Assembly: GCA_013239625.1 (NCBI GenBank)
Contig: MU053881.1
Location: 11,584,873-11,648,872 of the forward strand
Length of the DNA stretch: 64,000 nucleotides
DNA from: Lama guanicoe
Lineage: Eukaryota
Direction: 5' to 3'
This document shows, piece after piece, positions 52,795 through 64,000 of this stretch (positions within the stretch are counted from its first letter, which is position 1; every line of letters begins with the position of its first letter). A model generated the notes under the pieces. The model searched no databases and was not told the DNA's origin. It was given only the letters and a program-made list of their open reading frames with translations. The translations under genes were made by a program, and so were the position numbers.

Positions 52795-53302
52795 AGTATT
52801 AATTTCCTGTTGCTACAATGGCAAATTACCACCAATGAAACAACTTAAAACAACATACATTCATTTTCTGTAGATCAAAAGTCTGACACAAATCTCACTG
52901 GGCCAAGGTCAGGGTGTTGCAGGGACTGCAAAACTTTCTGGATGTTCTAGAGGTGACAATTTCCCTGCCTTTTCTGGTTTCTAGGGGCCAACCACTTTCC
53001 TCAGCTCATGACCCCTTCCTCTGTCAACAAAGCCACCACCATGGGGCCAAGTTCTCTCCTGTTGCCAATTCTCTGATTTTTCATAGTCACATCTTCCTCT
53101 CACACTTTTAAGGACCCTTGTGATTACACTGGGCCCATCGAGATAATCCAGGATAATCTCCCTATCTTGAGGGATGGTTGATAGACTATCTTAGCTCCAT
53201 CTGCAGCCTTAATCCCCCTTTGCCTTGCAATCCATTTACTGGCTCTAGGGATTAGGACGTGAGCATGTTGGAGTAGGGGGGATTTTATTCTGCTCACCAC
53301 AC
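52795..53302 (-). mobile_element. MLT1D-type MaLR solo LTR
   Basis: caaattaccacc...aacttaaaacaaca...ttttaaggacccttgtgattacactgggccca...gataatccaggataatctccctatctt...attctgctcaccaca. Confidence 0.9.
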
Positions 53303-53608
53303 ATGGAATTGAAAGTGCTTCAAGGTCCAGCCAAGTCTAACTCTCCATTCTAATACCTCTTTTGTGCCACGTGCTTCTGCCAAACTAAACCTCCCAGGAA
53401 CAGGCCATTATTCATTCTTGACCCGCTCAACTCTGCTCAAGCTGTTCTCACTTCCTAGATCATTGTTCTTTAATTCTCTTGCAAATTTTCTCGTCGTCCT
53501 TCAAGTCCTCTACTCTGGGAAACTTTTTAAAACTCTCAGGCAGAACTGGTCACTCTTTCATTTGTGCACTCATTGACTATCTCTTCTACAGCGTTAGTGT
53601 GTTTATCA

Positions 53609-53704
53609 TTTTCTTTCTTTTTCTTTCTTCCTTCCTTTCTTTCCTTCCTTCCTCCTTTCCTCCTCCCCTTCCTTCCTTCCTTCTTTTCTTCCTTTCTTTC
53701 TTTC
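53609..53704. repeat. Polypyrimidine (TTCC/TTTC)n low-complexity tract
   Basis: Direct reading; pyrimidines only. Confidence 0.95.
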
Positions 53705-53796
53705 ACTGGTCTCCTTAGGACACACTTTTCCCCAACCACCCCAGCTGTAAAGTCATGAAAGGTGGTAGATACATTCTGTTCAATGCTTGAAAGAGT

Positions 53797-54130
53797 ATCT
53801 TATCAAATAGCCTAAGTTGCCATCACAAACAGATGCACCCATCTCCAAATATCAGTGTTTCACATAATAAAAGGTTATTTCTCTCTCATTTATAAGACAA
53901 GGCAGGTGTTCTTGTTCTGCACGTAACTTTTATCCATGTTGATTCAAGAACCTAGCTCCTTCTATTTCTTAACTCTGTCAGCCCACCAAGCCCTTGTTGC
54001 TTGAATGCAGACATTTAGACAGAGCAAAAGAACACTGAACACTCACTTGCTTTTCGAAAAGTCTTGTCCTGAAGGCCACTACATTTCTATTTACACTCCC
54101 TTGGAGAAAATGTAGTCACAGGGTCAAAAC

Positions 54131-54161
<31 letters not shown>

Positions 54162-54275
54162 ACAAAACCTACAAGGGATCCTAGGAAATGGATTCTGATT
54201 ATTTATCCAGCAAAATCCTACTAACATAGAAAAAGAGGGTAGTAGGATTTGGTAGAAAATTGTGATCTTCTGCAA
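53797..54275 (-). mobile_element. MLT1J-like MaLR LTR with an internal (AAAAC)n expansion at 54125-54168
   Basis: ccaaatatcagtgttt...aaaggttatttctctctca...gattcaagaacctagctccttctat...tagtcacagggtc. Confidence 0.7.
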
Positions 54276-55918
54276 AGAGTTAATGAAGATTCCAGCACCT
54301 CCATGATGCTCACAGATTCCCAGGTGGAAGCCACCCCTCCCTCTTACCAGCGCTTAGAGCACTTGAACATGTATCTCTTTAGCCTTACAGTCTATTGTTT
54401 TGTGGTGTATGTCTGACATCGGGCAAAGTATAAGAATCAGATCAATCTAATGGGGAAGTGTTAAAAGTGAGTGTAAATTTTACATTTTACACAAATTTTC
54501 CTAGAGAATATTTATTAAATTCCAATATGGTAAAAAAAAAATATTGAATTGTTCCTTACATGACAAATAATGACTCATTAAATAAAGAATATATGATTCT
54601 AAAGTCTTTTTTTAGAGATATTTTTAAAAGCTGGGAGGAAAAGTAGGCATTATTTGTAGCATAAGATGTCTAACAAGGTGATAAGAAAGGCAAAACAGGA
54701 CTTGACAGAAGGTGAGATTTTGGCAGGAGTGTTAAAGAATATGGGTTTGGAGTTAGATGGACTAGTTCTGATTTTTTAATGGTTGTATAACTTGAGTAAA
54801 TTAAACTCTCAGTTTCTGCATCTGTCGAAGAATAGTAATAGCTTATAATTTTCTGAAGGTATAGATTACACAAGTTTTGAAAGGTATTTAGAATGTCTAA
54901 TCCATAAATTACTCCAAAATGCTAGGTTTTACTGTTCTTAAACATTGTTGAACACAGAAATCTGTATCAACCATATATTTTTAAGGTACATGTACAAAGA
55001 ATAAAGGCAAATGGAAGTTTTTGAGTTAAAAGTGAGGTCAGGAAAGCTGAAATCCAAAGAGTGACGTTTACAAAGACACAAGGACAAACAGAAGATCTTC
55101 CAAAGGTTTTATATCTACAAGAACAAAACAAAGAAGCACTTTAGTTAACAAGGCAAAAACTTTTTTCAAAAACATAGCATTCCAAAACTAACACAGACAC
55201 TTGAGGATGACTGAAGGGGACCATACAAGTAAAGTACTGGGGAGAACCGTTCTGCCCTAAATGCCTTCATGGCCTGGCTTGTGGTACTACATTCTAAAGT
55301 GAGAAGCTTACAAACGAGGTTGAAAACTCAGTATCGAGTTAATCCTATGGAATAAAGGGCCAACAAGAGAGATTCAGGAAAACTGAGAAAGAAAACACAG
55401 CTCTCGTTTTCAAAAGGAGAATGAGACAGATATTGAGAACTACTGACCAGAGTAGGACCGTTAGCATTCAAAAGATTCTAAAACGAGCTACCCTAGTTCA
55501 ATGAGACAAATTCTACTGCGTTAAATGCACACATCAATTTTTAGATGCAACTTGATTTCAGAAATGTGACCACATGAGTAGGCAAGAAAAATGTCTTAGG
55601 ATAATCATGTGAATTGACTAGAACAAGCTCAGAAACTATAAACAGACAAATATTATGCTGAAGTCCAGACAGGTTTATGTAACCCTCTAATTATAATTTT
55701 TAAATAAGACTTTAAAAACTGAGGTGAGTGAAATCCTCTCTTATAAACTGAATTGGTTTTGTTACTTTACTTAATCCAAACTGATAGATATGTGTGCCTC
55801 ACAAGAGTAACTCTCTTAACTGCTTTAGTACTTTGACCCAAGTCTTACTGTACATTTTACCAATGGATGAAATTGACAGGAATAATTTTCAAATTTCAGA
55901 TAAAAACAAAATTATAAT

Positions 55919-56125
55919 GATTAAGAGCATGGACTTTTAAATTGGCAGACTTTTACGACAATCCTGGCTCTGCCATTTACTAATTGTATGGCTATAGACG
56001 AGTTAGTTACCTATTCTCAGTCTCAGTTTCCTCATCTATAAAACTAAAATAGAGGAAAGAGCATCTAGAGATTGCATGGGCTATACGGCATAACTAACAT
56101 AAATGCACTTAGCACACGGTATGTG
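55919..56125 (+). mobile_element. MIR SINE
   Basis: ttaagagcatggactt...aatcctggctctgccatttactaattgt...ctcagtttcctcatctataaaa. Confidence 0.85.
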
Positions 56126-56688
56126 TCCATCATGGTGGAGATAATTACAACCCTGGTGTTCCTAAAGATATTGCCTCTCAGCAGCAGAGATTTTTCATGT
56201 AGTTAAACAGCTTGTGGAAATGGATGAATCAAATTCAATAAGATTGAAATGAACTGCATTATGTCATTCAAAAAGCAAATGTAACGCAAAATTAAAAAGA
56301 AAGTTTTTGTATAAGAAAAGAATTAAAAAGACAGTCTATCAGAGGCAGATATAGAAGTGTTTAAACCATTTCAGATAATATGTTCAATATGAATTAACAG
56401 AAAACTATAAATCAAAGGAAAAATATAACTACCAAAATATCTAGCATCCTCTTTACATTTATAGAAATATAAAAAGTAGTATAAAACAAAGATCAGATCC
56501 ACTGTGCTCTTTGTTGTCAAAGACACTGAATATCTCATAGTTGATTCAAGATCCATTCTAAATTGAATGCAAATGAAACATATTCAGCAGTGAGTAGTCA
56601 GGCAACTAAGGAAATATGCCATCTGAACAATGACAAAGATCAGGGATAGAGTTGTTTGCAGTTTGGGACTACTATGAAACAGAAACTG

Positions 56689-56861
56689 CTGTGGATAGTT
56701 TTATATAAATCTTTTTTGTAGATACATGTTTTCATTTTTTTGGCTAAGCATCTAGGACTAGAATTGCTGGGTCACATGGTAGGTGTATGCTTAACTTCAA
56801 TAGAAACTGCCAGTTTTTCAACTTAGTTTTACCATTTTGCACCACTTTTCAATTGTATATG
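56689..56861 (-). mobile_element. Old L1M fragment (ORF2 3' end)
   Basis: tttgtagatacatgttttcatt...agaattgctgggtcacatggtaggtgtatgcttaact...agaaactgccag...taccattttgcac. Confidence 0.85.
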
Positions 56862-58101
56862 CATTTAATTAAGTCTCAGTGATTGATCATTTTATGCTAA
56901 TCTTAAAAACTCAGATTTCTGGCTTGCTTAGAAAAAAATTTTGAAAAATCTGACAGCATTGGACCTAAATGGCCAAAAATAACTAGAAATGAATAGACAC
57001 TAACCCTTTTAGCTACGGACAGTCGAGTTTTCCTTAGAACTCCCCCATCACTCCAACTGAGGGTATCCATCCAGTAGCCACTGACACCCATATGGATGTT
57101 TGCATATCAGGATGTAATTGGAGACTGGCACTATCCTAGCCACTTCAACTATTTACAGTAAACCATCACTGACTCACATTTACCTTTGAGTAAGAGCAGG
57201 AGCTTCAAGGTATGTGTGAATGCTTTGCTGTTGTTTGGTAAGTAGCATCTCAGAGACATTTTTGTTTTTCCTCTCTGCTGCCTCCTCCTTCAGCTGCACC
57301 TAGTAGGGGGGTGGGGGGCAGTGACAGCAGGAGGCCTATTGCCAGGGAAGGAGCTTCTGAAGATAGAGCAGGAGATACCGAATCATGATTAGTGTAATCT
57401 CAAGATATGCTACGAGCTCAGTCTGTTATTTACTTAATTTAAACCTAATGATATGAAACATTATTGCAATGCTGAAGTTCTCTTATCCCTGTCAAGGTGC
57501 TTCAATCCCCTAAGGAAGAAACCAAGCAGATGGAATTTTTCAGGCGACAAATATAGAAAAGCTAAGCTGGAAGTATGTTCTCTGTCCTTGACGTGAAGAT
57601 TCTGTCACTTTCAATTCTCCAGCTTGTTTACTTTCCTACTACATAAGAACTGGGGCTTGTTTTTAGCAGCATTGATTAAGTTGTCATTGATTTTTAAGAT
57701 AGGAAATAGAACTTTCAACTTTCCCACATGAATTTAAAGCAAGTCAGATATTAACATTAAGATAAAACATTTGTCATGACAATGACAGAACAGCAAGTAT
57801 CATTCAAAACCTTTCAAGGCTCACAAAGAACATGTGGAATCCAGATGTCAATACATACATGAATAGGTATCAACTTTATTATTTAATCTAAATAAATGCA
57901 TCAACCTGCTTCTATCCCCCAAAATGGATAATTCATTTATTTTCCTACATGTTTGTGGTTATTCAAAATTTGCATAAGTGGTTATTTTCTACCAGCCAAT
58001 AGATTGGTCTCATTATATTATCAGTTAAGATTTATTGCGCCAGGCATTCTGCTAAACCTTTACAGCATGGTGTGAAATAACTCTCATAGAAACCTTTAGA
58101 T

Positions 58102-58304
58102 CAGGGTTTCTCAAACTTGGCACTATTGACATTTTGGGCCAGATAAATCTTTTGGGGAAAAGCAAGGCTGTCCTGTGTATTGTAGGATGTTAAGCAGCAT
58201 CCCTGGCCTCTACCCATTATATGCCAGGAGCAACCAGTCAAAAACGTCTCCAGACATTACAAATGTCCCCTGGGGACAAAATTGCCCCTGGTTGACAACC
58301 ATTG
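58102..58304 (+). mobile_element. MER20 hAT MITE nested in a MIR
   Basis: cagggtttctcaaacttggcactattgacattttgggccagataa...ttgtaggatgttaagcagcatccctggcctctaccca...gttgacaaccattg; MIR-like sequence on both sides. Confidence 0.92.
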
Positions 58305-58813
58305 TTTTAAGGTAAATATTATTATTTCTGTCCCATAACAAAACTCTCCCAGGAACACACAGCCAACAAAATGAACTTCTGGACAGGGACATAGGCATGT
58401 TTAGATTGAAAGGCCCAGGATCTTTGCACTAATTGATACAATCTCCAACTGACTTTAAAGATATATGAGCAATATTATACCTAGGTAGATGTGAGGCTTT
58501 TGTTAGTCTTTACTTATGTATATATGAATTGAGCGTCTACTACTTGTAAAGTACTATGCCAGGGTAAAAGGCCATGATAAATTTGACTTACCCACAGACA
58601 TTGAAGAACATAAATCTTGTCTTTGGTAAACAGCTAATTCACAACTGAGGCTAGAAATATGTATTCAAATGTGCATAAAGGTTAAAATATGCATTAATAT
58701 TTCTTAAAGGTTACCTTTTAAGCATTCTAGTTCCATTAAAATTATGCCATCATTGCAGAAATGTATTATACAAATGTTAAATTATTATCTGTGGTAGAAT
58801 TATATAGTAAGAC

Positions 58814-58816
<3 letters not shown>

Positions 58817-58846
<30 letters not shown>
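58817..58846. repeat. (AC)15 microsatellite
   Basis: Direct reading. Confidence 0.98.
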
Positions 58847-58848
<2 letters not shown>

Positions 58849-58875
58849 CTGTATATATATATACAGACAGTATAA

Positions 58876-59067
58876 AGATAGACCAATCTGACCCACTGTT
58901 TCTATAAATAAAGTTTTATTGGCACACAGCCACACTCATTGGTTTACCTGATATCTGTGGCTGCTTTCATGCTACAACAATAGAGTAGTTGTGGCAGAAA
59001 TTATATTGCTTCCAAAACCAAAAATATTTACTATTAGGCCTTTTACAGGGAAAGTCTGCTAGCCCCT
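58876..59067 (+). mobile_element. MER58A-type hAT MITE
   Basis: aaataaagttttattggcacacagccacactcatt...ggctgctttcatgctacaac...aaaatatttactatt...tttacagggaaagtctgct. Confidence 0.88.
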
Positions 59068-59274
59068 AATATAGTATCTTGAGGTAGTCTGGTTTTTATC
59101 GATGTGTAATAGAAGGTATTCTACTTGTCTGTGTTTGTGCTTTGTATGTTATATTCCTAAATGTATATTCAACTGAAATCTGTGATTGCCTTCACATCTG
59201 GGAAACATACGAAATCATATTCTGGCTTTTCCCTTTTTAAATTGCTTTAATATGTAATAATTGATTATAAGGCA

Positions 59275-59480
59275 CTGAAAGCTCATTCTGTGCCAACTTG
59301 CCAGGAGTTTTACATTCTTCTTAATTCTCACAGCGCTGTGAGGCAGTTAGTCATGTTTTCACTTTTCACGAGGTTACTGAGACTCAGAGAGGCTAGGTAA
59401 CTGTCCTGAGGTCATGCAGAATCAGAACTCTGACACGTCTGATTGCAAAGCTCAGGTCTTTAGCTGACTTAACTATGCTA
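59275..59480 (-). mobile_element. MIR SINE
   Basis: ttaattctcacagcgctgtgaggcag...actgagactcagagaggctaggtaactgtcctgaggtca. Confidence 0.8.
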
Positions 59481-59639
59481 TACCTGTGCACTGAGTAAAA
59501 TGTCAATACTAAATTTACTTCGTTTTACATGTTTTAAGATCTAAGCAGATAAATTTTTAAGAGTTCATCCAAATTTCTACAGCATACCTATAAAGTAAGA
59601 TCTGATGCCTGCTCATATGAAAAGAGGTCAAGACAACTA

Positions 59640-61930
59640 ATTAATTTATTTAGCAAATATGATTTCACCCCTATCCTCTACTAGACACTGTGCTGGATCC
59701 TAAGGAAATAATGGTGATAAAAGATATGATTCCTGACTTCACCAAGCTCTTGTCCTATTGAGGAGGCAGAGGGGAAAAAAAGAAAAATAAATAACAATGC
59801 AAAATGATAAAATGGCCATAATGGTGATATGTGCCAGGTACTAAGGGAGGATGGAGGCTTCACAAAAGCATCTGGAGCTGAAACGTGATGAATGAGTAGC
59901 AAGCAACTGGCACCTAGGTGGCGATTTGGTCCCTGACAATGATGTGCTTAGAACTGCCTTTGGATACAGTAATGTTTTTTTGCACAAGGTCTGACTCTGT
60001 AAACTTGTGTTTTAGTTGAAGAATCCAAGATTGAACATGTAAAACAGTCACTAATAACATAAAACACTATATGAGGAAGTGCTAAATTGCATGGAACAGC
60101 ATAAAAGTACAATTGACATCAGGAGTAAAAAGGAATGAACAGAGCCCAAGGTTGTCAGGGAGAAAGTGAGACAGAAGCTGAATGCTAAAGGATGAGCAGA
60201 GCCTGGTTAAACACAGACAGGGGCAGGCTGAGCATCGTCAGTGACCGACTGCAGCAGGGAGACTTGCTGTTCATAAGCTCTTGACTGGCCTCAATAAAAG
60301 CAGAGTGTTAAGAATAGTGGCAGCAAAAGTCGTATAGTGAGCTTGGCACAAAAAATACAGATAATTTTGAGAACTGGGTGGAAGAAATAAGAATACATTC
60401 AACTAATAATACATGATTTATGAAGAGTATGACATATTCTAAGGTAAATAAGTTAAGAGACTAAATTTATCATCATTGCTCAAGACAAATGAAAAATACC
60501 GATCAAAACTGACTCTGTTACCAAAACAATTGACAAAACTTGCATGGAACACACATCACATGAACATGAAGAAGTAGCAGTACTTTGCAAATGAATACGT
60601 ATCTTAAAGTAAATCACTCCAATTTATTACTCAATAAAGCTACCTACCGTACTCTATATCTGACACTGTGGGAATAAAAATATCTCTGAGTCATCATCAC
60701 CTCTCTAGCTTCCAGTCTAATGGAGGGCAGAAGTATCCCCATATTTAGCAACTAAGTAAGACTTTCAAATGAAAGAAGTGGTCATCCATGAGAGTTTAAT
60801 ATAAAGGAAGGTGATCTCAGCTTAGAGAAAACTAAGGGAGGTTTTTCTGATGAAGTGACATTTGAAAATTCAGCTGAAAAATAAATAAATGTCATGTAGG
60901 CAAAAGGGAGATGAGTGATGTGGACTGGGCAAGTAGCATCCAGGCTGAAGCAGCAGCATGTGCAAATCCCTGTGACAGGAAGGAAACAGAATATTCTAGC
61001 TGTGAGTGTGAATTGATTTGAAATGTGTAGATAGGTCTGGAGTAGTTATTAATGGCCTCAATTTTCTAGGGCTGAAGTAAAATTTCAACTCTTCAAAGAA
61101 CACATGATTTTCTTTATTTTTTAAATGCAAAATCTGGACATCTGGTACAATGTAAGTAAATAAGGTATAAATAATTTGTAAACTCTAGTCTGTTTAAAAA
61201 AGTGCGTGTTCCCTTGCCTGAAAACAGCATTTGCACAACTTTTTTTTTTTTCTCTCCACTTGGAGATGAAAGTAAAGATAACTTACAAATCCTAAGTCAG
61301 GGGTTAAAATAGAGTAGGTCTTAAAATTGAACATGTAGAGTCAAGATTCTTTGATCAAGATCAAATAATTATTTCTATATTGATTAAAACAGCTTCTAAG
61401 TCAAAATCTCCCCCGCCCCTTTTCCTTTCTCTTTTCCTTTATTTTTGCTTTTTAGTAAAGTTATTTATTTTTGGATATGATTTAGATACCAGTTTTCACA
61501 AACATAACAACAAATACTGAAGGTGCTTTTGATTCAAAATCTACATTTCTTCTGTCTCTCTTTAAAGGTATAAAGTCAAGGTCAGTGGTTTTAATCTTTT
61601 ATCCTGAGTCTAAACAGCTTTGTCAATTTAGAGATCAGGTATTTGTTGAACACAAACTTTGTGCAGGGCACTATGCCAGGCAACATGGGGAATACCACTC
61701 TATTTGCCATCAAAGAGCTCACAGTCTAGTTGGGAAGACCAGTTCTAAATTATATATGTGTATATTTAATTATTTTAATTTAATGCATATGATACCTATA
61801 AAGATCAATATCATTTATAACATAAAAATGAGTTGAGAATAAGTGCTCAGGACTCCGGAGGGATCTGCAGTGTTCTGTGTGGAAGGATACATGGGTAAGG
61901 AAGTACTCAGTGCTGGATCTTGAGTTGGAT
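59640..61930 (-). mobile_element. Cluster of degraded L2 fragments
   Basis: Repeated reverse L2 3' motifs near 59640, 60630 and 61640, e.g. tatttgttgaacacaaactttgtgcagggcactatgccagg and gaagtgacatttgaa. Confidence 0.55.
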
Positions 61931-63414
61931 TAATATAGGGAGACAAGAGACCTATTAAATGAGTCACTAGGATTTTAATTCATAGCTGTCAGAGCTCAGA
62001 GCTATCTATGTGTTATACTGTCTCCCTAATGGCAATATTGGGGTATAATATTGTGGTCAGTTTTGGTCAAATTCTTTTTTATAAACAGAATTTTTTTTCT
62101 TGTTTGTTTTTCAGGAATCTTAATTTACACAGAAGGTAGTAGTGAGGAATTGAGCACTGAGGGATCAATAAGAGATCAGGTAACCCACAGGGTAATATAT
62201 ACTCAATGCTCTCTTTAGAGTTTGGTTATTTTCACTCTTCTATGTCTTATTTTCATGAGACCATCTCTTCCAAGGGACATTAAGATTTGATTCATGTAAT
62301 CAGGTCGTGATGAGCTTACTTGCTTTAATGTAAGGTTTTTAGTGCAAAGTGAGTTAAAATCATAGAAGTTCACACTTCTGCTTGAATTTATGAATGGTTT
62401 AGCCTTTAATTCAACCAAGATTATTTTACAGGAGACAATGGTAATTTTAGACTATCCTGACTATCTATATAATTGAGTAAAAGCAAGTATATTACAATTC
62501 TTCCAAACTTGTCCCTTTCTTGTGAAAATAGCTACATAACATGCAGTCTAGTTTCATGGAGGGTTCATTTAAGGAATTAGGGGAGATAAATTGGTTTAGA
62601 AAAGTAAGTGGAATCCTAATTACATGTGTGCTTATTATTTGATAGGTTAAGGCATGAGACAGATGGAGAGAGAGTTTTTCAAGTTGCAAATTGGCTATTG
62701 CTTTAGTGATTTGTGAAAGGACATTTGGAAATCAATGTTTTATCACGTGAACATGAGAAAGGACACCAATAGAAAAAGTAATTCTTTACAAAATACCTTC
62801 TGCATACAGTGACAGTGATGATCATCAGTAAAGCATAATCTACTTTTAACTCAATAAAATACTAGACTAGTAGGTCTTAAAAAATATATCATTTTCTTCA
62901 TTATATGTTAAATATTGACCATTGGGTAACAACTCCTAAGTACATTTGCAAAGTATCCTTCTCCAATAATTGTGAAGTTTTAATATGAGGTCAGGTAAGG
63001 AGGATGAGGTAAAGGAGAAAAGAAAAGAGTGCGATCTAATTACATAAAAATTAAATTATCAGTTGTCACACTCTAATATGGTAGAATGATCAATAGAATG
63101 TCATGAATGATTAAACACATGAACAAAAATGCTTTTGTGAGCATCTCTCAATGGCCACATCAACCAAGGACAGTTATAACAATGAATATTTCACCTATGC
63201 TTAATACCAGAATATTATTAGTAGTTAGATTTTTTAATATAAAATTTAGTATGTGGAATGTGTTACAAAATGCAACTTCATCTTACATAGTGACGATATT
63301 TTTCCTGACAGAATGATACGTGATTAAGGGAAGTTTGTAACTTGGCCTTATCTCCTAACTATGATTCAATTAATATGTCAACCCAAGAATGACCGTTATC
63401 TTTATATTTACTTG

Positions 63415-63960
63415 ATAATGATAATTTGTTATAACATATAATAGAAATTAAGCAAATGTTCATGAGATACTAGGGACTACTTTAAAGTCTGTGCACTACT
63501 TTAATTCTCAGAATATTTTTACAACATTTCTAATGTAGTTAGTGTAACCGTAATTTTACAAACGAGAAATATGAGGCTTAGAGAATTTAACTGTTTCAGA
63601 GTAACCCAGGTCATAACACCTCTGAGTCATAATGTTAACCCAGATCTGCTCCTCCTGCAATCACAAATTAAAAATCAACCACTAAGTTTATACTGTCATC
63701 CATAGGAAGGATCATTAAATGCCGTATCGCTGTAAAAATTCCATCAGCTGGATTACAGAATCTTGGAGAACCACTTACTAGCTAAGCCACTCATTTATTC
63801 TCTCTAAGCTTCATGTTATTTGTCTGTAATATGGGGTTAATATTAGGGCTGAGATAAGAATTCAATAATAAAATGCATTGAAGTAGTTTAATAGTTTAAT
63901 TTCTATTATGCACGGCCTTGAGTAAGTGTGCATTAAAAGATAGCTTTCATTATTATTCTT
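63415..63960. mobile_element. Head-to-head pair of MIR SINEs
   Basis: Reverse MIR (attttacaaacgagaaatatgaggcttagaga), then forward MIR (ccacttactagctaag...tctctaagcttcatg...tctgtaatatgggg). Confidence 0.7.
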
Positions 63961-64000
63961 AGATTCTTGTATCTGCATTTATAAAATTGGGTATTTTAGA

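Noticed and set aside
57010..57025. REST/RE1 site (agctacggacagtc; also ggacagcg near 26470)
   Set aside because: Right half-site only; no TTCAGCACC left half
59908..59925. CTCF site (gcacctaggtggcga)
   Set aside because: Matches only the AGGTGGC half; the CCAC/CCAG core is misaligned and it lies in L2-derived DNA
1..64000. CRISPR array, operon or other prokaryotic or novel multi-gene system
   Set aside because: Mammalian repeat content, no regularly spaced repeats and negligible coding density

Overview
AT-rich, CpG-depleted eutherian genomic DNA with no recognisable protein-coding gene, i.e. a gene desert or a very large intron. A tRNA-derived SINE at 11776 matches the camelid Vic-1 type, and the young L1 3' ends are of cetartiodactyl type, so the source is probably a camel, alpaca or llama. 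Most recognisable structure is retroelement- or transposon-derived: two independent solo LTRs of one ERV1 family (7480 and 32658), a young CpG-rich solo LTR with a perfect TSD (47056), and a 5'-truncated MER4/MER34-group provirus with integrase and env remnants and a 3' LTR (about 25240-27876). Older elements include MaLR LTRs, hAT MITEs (MER5, MER20, MER45, MER58, MER94), L2 and MIR, plus microsatellites. Several repeat-free, motif-dense stretches look like conserved enhancers, but conservation cannot be shown from this sequence alone. Almost all listed ORFs are spurious; only those overlapping env are real coding remnants. I find no convincing novel biological system. Repeat family names are from recalled consensus sequences, and boundaries of old repeats are approximate.
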